A stretch of 64,000 bases of DNA, from NCBI RefSeq assembly GCF_009914755.1, contig NC_060936.1, one strand, 5' to 3'. The translations under genes and the position numbers were made by a program. Positions 54,392 through 64,000 of this stretch are shown piece after piece. Position 1 is the first letter of the stretch. The number at the start of each line of letters is the position of its first letter. The notes under the pieces are model-generated. The model worked only from the letters and a program-made list of their open reading frames with translations, was not told the DNA's origin and did no database searches. This DNA is from the human T2T-CHM13v2.0 reference genome, Homo sapiens.

Positions 54392-55927
54392 CTGAAACCA
54401 GAGTCCACATTCAGGGTGATGCTCCCTCACTGCCATGAGGGTGTGTGTCTCAATTGTAGAAACAGCCACCCAGTGAGTTTCTAAAGAAAGGGACTGGGGT
54501 CTGTTCTTTCTTGCTCTTAGCTCACAGTAGGAGAACATGGCTAAGTCTGCACAGGTCCCACCTCCTGAAATGCTTTCTTCTCATTGTTTCATGTCCAAAT
54601 CCTACCCCTTCTTCAAGGTTCAGGGCAAATGCCATGCCTTCAATGAGCTGCCCAGCCAGTGGGAGCATCTTTTCCTCCTGCAGCCCTCATGCCCCTCCTC
54701 CCCATCCAGGTTGGATTTGGGTTATTATGGGCATGTAATAACCTTGTGCTTCTGCCAGACAGCAGCTCCCTGAGGAAGCTGCATCTTATTCCTCCTAGCA
54801 TCTCCCTCAAAGGGAGGTGATACTTTGAAACCAGTGATTTTGGCTTCATTGGCTTCATCCCCAGGATGGGCCCTGTGTGTTTTGCGGCCTCTCACCTAAC
54901 ACAGAGCCAGCCTGATCTCATGCTCAGTACACGCTGTTGACTGAAAGAACGATGAGCTGATGCTCCATGGCACCTACTCAGAGCTAAGAAATGAACAGGT
55001 GCTCCACTGAGGGTAAGTCCAAGGAGGGGATGACAGAAAGGCCAGTGGGGCATCTGTGGAGCCTCACAAGGGCTGCTGCTCTGATGTAGACACAGGGCAA
55101 GCAGCTGGAAGGGGAGCTCCCTTGCCCACAGAAGACCAGGAGACTCCGGGATTCCAAGCCCCTGACCACTGGAATGTCTCACTCCCAGGAGTGGGTATAA
55201 GACAGCACCCTCTGTCTCCTGGAGGAGTGCACCCTGGGAATATCTGGGCAGAGGAAGAAATGTGTAGGAAGAAGGAAGAAGGCATGATGGAGGCCTAGGG
55301 ATGATGGGGAACAGAGGAGAGTGCCCCAGTGCTAGGATCTGTGCTGTGGAAGGGCAGACACAGCTTCCAGGTGAGCACACAGCTAGTGCCTGACTCAGTC
55401 CAGGTGCGGGAGAGGGGATCTACCAGGGGCAGCTCCCAGACAGATGACAGCTAAGCTGGGGCCTGAGAGTGGGTCAAAGTGTGCTGGGAGAGGAGGGCAC
55501 TCCAGGGCAGAGCAAAGCAGCCAGGAGGAGCAGGCCCATCAGCAGTGATGTGGGCAGACTTGGCATTTCTAGGAAGATCCCTCTGGCTGAAGCTCAGAGA
55601 AGAAAGGAGTCAGGGAGAACAGTTGGAAGCTACTGTGGTTGTCCACAAGAGAGGTGACAATGACCAGGATGGTTGTAGGAAGGCAGGGTGATGAGATGTA
55701 CTCAGCAGATAGCAGAGGGTAGTATGTGGGTGTTAAACAGAAAGTGGCCACCTCTTCCAGGGGTTCCTGGGATATCTGTGACCCCTGAGATAGGTTGTGG
55801 TCTCCTAAGGTGATTGGGCCACAGTAAGTCACCGGCAGGAGGGATGGGGTTGGATGGGGCTCTTCTCTCCCCGCCTCCACCACTGTTCTCTGCCATCTCA
55901 CTTTGGTTCGCATCCCATAAGCTCCAG

Positions 55928-56357
55928 GTATGGGCTGAATTGTGTCCCTCAAAAGATATGTTGAAGTCCTGACCTGTGAATGTGACCTTCTTTGGAAATA
56001 GGGTCTTGGCAGAAGTAATCAAATTAAGATGAGATCATTAGGATAGGCCCTGATCCCATATGAGTGGTGTCCTTATAAGAAGAGGTAATGGAGACAGTGA
56101 GAGGCAGCTGAGGGGAGAAGGCCACGGGATCAGGGAGCAGAGACTGAAGTGTGCAGCTGCAAGACGAGGAGCACCTGAGGCTCCTAGACCTGGAAGAGGT
56201 GAGCGAGGACTCCCCTGGAGGCTTTGTGGGGAGCACGGCCTTTCCAACACCTGACTTGGGACTTCCAGCCTCCAGAACCGTGAGAGAATACATGTCTGCG
56301 GTTTTAGGATGCCATGTTTGCGGTACTTTGTGCTGGGAGCCTTAGCAAATGAATACA
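55928..56357 (+). mobile_element. MaLR solo LTR (MLT1B/C-like)
   Basis: tatgggctgaattgtgtccc...ggaaatagggtctt...gcaaatgaataca. Confidence 0.88.
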
Positions 56358-56738
56358 GGCTTCCCTCCTCTTTCTGGCCTCCTTTCTCATCACCTTTGCA
56401 GTCACCTGGCAGGGAAATTTCAGCTTTGAGCTTTGTTTAAAAAACATACTGCCTTGACGGTCCTTCTAGTCCAGCAAGGCCTCCCGGAAACTAGCAGTGC
56501 GGTTGGCAGGTCTCAGGCTCTACTGGTTTGACGACAGACCCACAGATCCTGCATGCCCTGGGAGCCAGGGACACACACGCCCCTCTCCACCTGGCAGCAT
56601 TGTTCTGAGAGGCTGCTCTGGAGCCTGGGAGCTGGGAGGCTGTCACACTGGCTCTGGTTGGGGTTGGCCCTGCCCAGTGTCCCATGAGAGCCCATTATTT
56701 TCTGCTTAACTGTCCCTCAGCCCCTGGTACCGACCCAC

Positions 56739-56806
56739 CTTCTTCCACAGACGTGTTCCCCAGAAGGATGTATTCTCCGTGGCCCCGGGACAGCACCACC
56801 CCCAAA
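56739..56806 (-). CDS. CACNA2D4: CACNA2D4 exon 20 (68 nt) [23 protein letters not shown]
   Basis: ctccccacag acceptor, AG|gtgggt donor; frame continuous. Confidence 0.96.
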
Positions 56807-57311
56807 CTGTGGGGAGAGAAGAGAAGGCACTCATTCAGCAGCAGCAGATGCCGGCCTGTCTCCCGGGCCTCGTCCTTGCCCTTACCAACACTAGGTGTAT
56901 GGGCTTTTTGTACCCACGACGAGTGGTGTGCTCCTCATGCCCGCTTCTTTACCTCTGGCCTCACAGCCATCCCCTCCAGAACGGAGGCGGTGCTTCCAAT
57001 TTCCCAGAAGCCTTCCTTCCTAAGCAGGACCCTGGCCATTCTGTAGACCAAGAGCCCTCTCAGCTCCCATTTTCATCAAGGGACACCCTGAAACTCACAG
57101 GCATCCCCTAAAATGTAGAACAGTCTCTCTGTTTCACAGGGGGTCCCACAAACAGGAGCTCCTTTTCCTACCCGGTGAGTCCTGCTGTGCCTTCCTCTCC
57201 TTGGCTGAACATCAGTTTTGAGCCTTGGCTGAATATCTGACTTTCTTGGGGAACTTTAAAAGATGCAAGTGCATGGGCTCTACCCCCAGAAATTGTGATT
57301 AAATTGGTCTG

Positions 57312-57526
57312 GCCAGCCTGGGCAACACAGCGAGACCCCAGCTCTAAAATTTTTTTTTTAATCAAAAAATTAATGGGGTGTGGTGGCACGCTCCTGTACT
57401 GTCCCAGGTACTCGGGAGGCTGAGGTGGGAGGATCGCTTGAGCCCGGGAGGTGGAGGCTGTAGTAAGCTGTTTGTGCCACGGCACTTCAGCCTAGGAGAC
57501 GGGGTGAGATCCTGTCTCAAAAAAAA
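57312..57526 (+). mobile_element. 5'-truncated AluJ inserted in a MER5-type element
   Basis: Partial left arm, full right arm and A-tail; MER5-like sequence at 57215-57310 and 57527-57605. Confidence 0.85.
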
Positions 57527-58306
57527 CTGGTTTTGGATGAAGCCTGGGCAGTGGCAACTTCACATAATTCCTCAGGTATTCCAATGAGCAGTCAGGGCTG
57601 GGAACCAGGGCTTTACGGAGAAATCAGATAATTCAGAGGTAACGACCACTTGTTTTCTAATCTGCCTAATACCTAGAGCCAAATATTTCTACAGTTGCAC
57701 GGAACCTGAGATCTTCCAATTTGCTCTTCTCACTGCTTTAGGATCTTAACTGGATGATATCACTTAATCTTCACAACATCACCAAGAAGCAGCAGTTATT
57801 GTCACCCCCATTTTACAGATCGAAATCTAAGGCACAGAGAAGTTAAGTGAAACTCAAAGACCTGTTAACAGAGTTGTAGGAGGCAGAGGTGACGCATCAG
57901 TAAAGCAGGGAGTGCTGGACCTCAGAGCCTCTTCTCAGAGACAGGGCTAACCGCCCTCGGGGAAATGACCTGTTAAGGCAGCTTGGCTGCTGGACGCTGA
58001 TGAGCAGTGAAATAACAACAGCATCTGAAGGGGCGGGGCTTGCCTGGGGCCCACAGGAGCATAGCACAGGACATACACTTGACCAAGTTTACACAGCCTG
58101 TAAATGGTAGAGCTGGGGTTCACGTCCAGGCAGTTTGGCTCTGGAACCTGCATTCTAGGCTACACTGGCAAAGCAGGTCTACACCTCAAGTTTCCTGGAT
58201 GCTGACCTGGGTCTTTTGCTATTACCACAAAATTGCCAACTAAATATGAGTTGCTGGTATTCATGTTCAACCCTCACCCCGTGCAAATAAAGCCTGTGTC
58301 CCTCAC

Positions 58307-58368
58307 CTGAAAGGGGTGTCGCTGATGTCCGTGAAGAAGTAGTCATTGGTCAGGAAAAGAACTCGCTT
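58307..58368 (-). CDS. CACNA2D4: CACNA2D4 exon 19 (62 nt) [21 protein letters not shown]
   Basis: ctctttcag acceptor, AG|gtgagg donor; phase matches next exon. Confidence 0.96.
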
Positions 58369-59592
58369 CTGAAAGAGTAGACAAGGAAAGAGTGCTCACG
58401 CAGAGAAGAGCGGCCCCCAGCCCCCACCTCCCCCCCAGGGCTCTTGGGGTCTTCATCGTCACTGTACAGTCCCTCCGCCTTCTTGTCTCCTCCCTGACCA
58501 GCCCCTACACACCTCATCCTAGTGACACCCATAGGCAGATCCTCTCTAGGTGCAGCAAACTGCAGCCCTTTGGGGCGTGGCCTGGATTTCAGGATCAAGG
58601 TCTGGACCTGCACTGCCCATCACGATAGTCCCTAAGCAGCACTGAGCACTTGAAATGTGTGGCCAAGGAACTGAATTTTCAGATTTTAGTTGGCATAAAT
58701 TTAAACTTAGTTAGCACATGTGGCTAGCGGCTATATTGGGCAGTGCTGATGTAGACCATGACTCTATGGTTCCTAGAGGGTTGAGGTTGGGGCTGTCAGT
58801 GTGTGCTAAGAACTTCTGGAGCCCATGTATACATACACAATCCACTTAAACCTCCTCGCCCTCAAAGACACCCAGGGAGAAGGGGTGCACCATTCTCCCT
58901 CCACTGTCATCCGTGCCCGGGCCACGGGACCCTTTCACAACTTCCTTTTCCTTTCTAAGCTGCCATCTTTTAGCCTTGGTTTACTTTGTATAAACTAGGG
59001 CATCATGTAGTACAAAAGTGGCTAAGGGCATGGCTGGGCTTAGATGAACCAGGATTGAAGCCCAGCTCAGCCACTTTCGACCTGTGTGCTCTTGAGCAAG
59101 TTACTTCACTTCGAGTTCTCATTTGTAAATCAGGATTGTCCACGGCCTCTCTTGCACGAGGCTGCCGTGAGGGTGCATTCGGGGTGCTGAGGTTCTGTGG
59201 ATTGTCCTGTCCACCACACAAGTTCATGTCATTGGGAAAGCCACATTTTGCAGTTGGCCCAGGACTTGTTCTTATTCCCTTTACTTCTTTCTGACTTTCC
59301 TTCTTTGATTTTGGAAACTGGAGCGAGGTGTCAGAAGGGACACAGAGAGAGAGGACGGCAACAAAAGCCTTGCTTTCTCTAGGAAACTGGCTTTATGCCA
59401 AATCAGAATGCACCTTTCACAAAACTGGACCCATCCCCTGGTCATGCCCTCTGGCTCCTCTGCCCAGTCAGACCCTCTCTGTAGCTTCTCTCTATTGCAG
59501 CGGTCGTGGGATGTCCTGGAAGATGTCTTGGGGGAGTTGGGTGCCCTGTGCTCCAAGGAGCAGCTGGCTGGAGTGTCAGAACTGGAGATCAT

Positions 59593-61875
<2,283 letters not shown>

Positions 61876-63964
61876 TTCTTTTTGGAGAAAGACACTTTTC
61901 GTTAGCATTGTTACAGGCAATGCATTATGTGAGCTGGTCCTGTGTACAACCATCCCAAGCCACAGCAGACACATCAGTAGATAATATCTATCTAATATTG
62001 TACACAGCGCAGAAACAGGATCACCCTGAATGTCAACAGAAGACTGAAAATCACTTTACAAAAAAAAAAAATAATAACACCCATTTTCATATTTTAAAAA
62101 GTGCCAGCCCTTGAGCAGCAGAGTTTCGGAAATGCGGGAGGACATGCCACCAGGTGCCTTCGCTGGAACGTGGCCGCCAGCCGTGAGTGGCCGGGCCCAT
62201 CCCGTCCAAAGACAAATGTCTGGAGTGCTTCCGCTCATCTTTAAAAGGCGGCCAGGCCCGTTTATCTTTGGAGTTCTTCTGTCTTAGGATTTTCCCTCTC
62301 TACTGTTTGTAATTTCATGAGCACGTCAGCCTAACGGTGAGCAGACCTTCAGGCTCCTAAGCGTGAAGGCCGGAGACTTTCCCTTTGTAAGGCTTAAATC
62401 TGAGTGCAGCAAAGAATGAGGAAACCAACCCCGGACATTTTAAAGTCGAATGACAATGGAGCCAGTGCCAATGTTGAGAAGCACTACCACCGTCCCTTAG
62501 AGTTCTATTTTGGTAAATACGAATGTTTAACCAGTTGGCAAAATATTTAACCCAGTTAGCAAAATTAACACCGTCATTTCCATAGTTACTCTGCCGTGTA
62601 TGGCAAATGCTGCAAGATGAACATCCCATTTGATGAAGCACATTTGAGAAATGTTTGCCAGAAAGTGTGCCTCTGTCTCAGGACCCTAAGCCCAGGGGGA
62701 TGAACAGAGACCCCAGCAGCTCTGTGCCTGCTGCCGTGCGGGTGACTCCTCTTCCTGCCGACAAGGTGGGCGATGAGAACGAGGAGGCCCAGTCCCACCA
62801 GGGCGCCGCCGACGGCGATGGGGATCGGCGTGTTGTTCTCGCCCAGCAGACGCTCCTCCGCAGATCCGAACTGGTTGCCTTCCACCTTGAAAGCCTGGCC
62901 CCACACTGGGAATATGTTGATTGAAAACGCCTTCGTGCCGCGGACACGCTCCGCTCCGGCTGTAGAATTGCCGATGGCTGCCCGCAATGCTCGCAGGGAG
63001 TCGTTGGCAGCTTTAAAAGTGGGGTCTCTGCGGTCAGGAAGAGTCGTATTCAGCTGGATTCCTCGTAGGAAAATCCGGCTAGAACCTGCATTCATCCCCA
63101 ACCGGAAGCCCAGGACCGTGGTGCCCTCGCCGCGCCGCTCCCGGGTCTCCAGGTGGGCGCCGCGCTCCCGCTGGCTGAGGTCATGCCCAGGTCACCGTCG
63201 CGTGGTCCCTCCTCTCTGGGTGAGGTTCAGTTGCAGTCCCGCGCTGGCCGGCAGGCAGGCCCCGTGGGTGCCGCTCACGCTGTACCTGGCCACGGAGGGG
63301 AGAAGGGGCTCTCGGCGCCGTGGCGGGGAAGGCGCGTCTTGCTCGTGGCGCGTCTCTCCCTTGCTGAAGCTGCTGTTGGAAATCTAGGCCTGGATCGGGG
63401 CACCGCGGAGCCTGATGGTCTCGCTGTTCGTGCGGACCTGGGGGCCTTGATATCTGGTAGAGATTCCACAGTCCTGATTTCCTTGGAGCTTGCACTGAGG
63501 AAAATGTGTGTGTCTGACAAGTTGTAAACAAAACTCATGAGCTGGACGCTGTCACGTGTCGCACTTCTTGTGAAATGGAAGGTCAGTGTCTGTCTTCCCC
63601 CAAAGCACAATCGCGTGCCTGGGGTCGGAAGTGTTCTCTTTACTGCAAGAGCCACTGTCAAGCACTTCCGCATTGGATGGCAGGTCAAAGGTCACATTCT
63701 TAGAGCCACTCTTAGAGTCGTAGTTCATCGAGAAGGCAGCGAAGCTGGCCATTACGCAGGCTGTCCCGTTGCCCTTTTTCACCGCATCCGCTGCGGCGGC
63801 ACCACGCACGAGGCCCAGCAGCAGCAGCAGCACCAGGGGCAGCCGGGGGCTCCACCAGATGCAGCCCGGGCGGCAGGCGCGAGGGGAGCCGGGGTGTGGG
63901 GAGCCGGGGCGCGGGGAGGCGGTTGCGGGGCGCTGGCCTGAAGGACGGTGGCGTTCCTGGACCA
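61876..63964 (-). pseudogene. LAMP1P1: LAMP1 processed pseudogene (5'UTR, disrupted CDS, 3'UTR, poly(A) remnant)
   Basis: Intronless LAMP1 similarity in several frames (GNGTAC, SFVYNLSDTH, QAFKVEG..., IPIAVGGAL...GRKRSH); frameshifts and deletions; 17-bp TSD AAAATATT(T/C)CATTTTCT at 61859-61875 and 63965-63981; symbol from recall. Confidence 0.93.
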
Positions 63965-64000
63965 AAAATATTCCATTTTCTGTTTGCTGCTATATATGCA

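Noticed and set aside
62773-63387. 204-aa plus-strand ORF
   Set aside because: Antisense shadow of the GC-rich LAMP1 pseudogene.

Overview
Human (hominoid) genomic DNA, recognisable as part of the CACNA2D4 locus (12p13.33, from recall). The minus strand carries 11 consecutive coding exons of the calcium-channel auxiliary subunit alpha2delta-4 (exons 19-29 by conventional numbering). All have GT-AG boundaries and splice into one continuous frame. The complete LRTM2 gene (370-aa LRR type-I membrane protein; CDS of 67+591+455 nt) lies antisense inside the 29-kb intron 26. A TSD-flanked LAMP1 processed pseudogene sits in intron 18, inside an old L1. The rest is intronic: an SVA, Alus, L1/L2/MIR, MaLR LTRs, hAT MITEs, microsatellites and small tandem duplications. 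There is no CRISPR, tRNA or rRNA, and I found no wholly new gene system. The most unusual signals are: (1) the LAMP1 retrocopy has diverged mostly by A/T->G/C changes and is CpG-rich, the opposite of normal pseudogene decay; (2) the SVA has two divergent 3' ends inside one TSD pair; (3) a strong-Kozak micro-uORF is created by the LRTM2 exon 2-3 splice junction; (4) a 95-bp LTR fragment has been locally duplicated around exons 21-22; (5) an RFX X-box lies next to an E-box in intron 26. Gene names, exon numbers and repeat subfamilies come from recall, not database searches; repeat boundaries are approximate.
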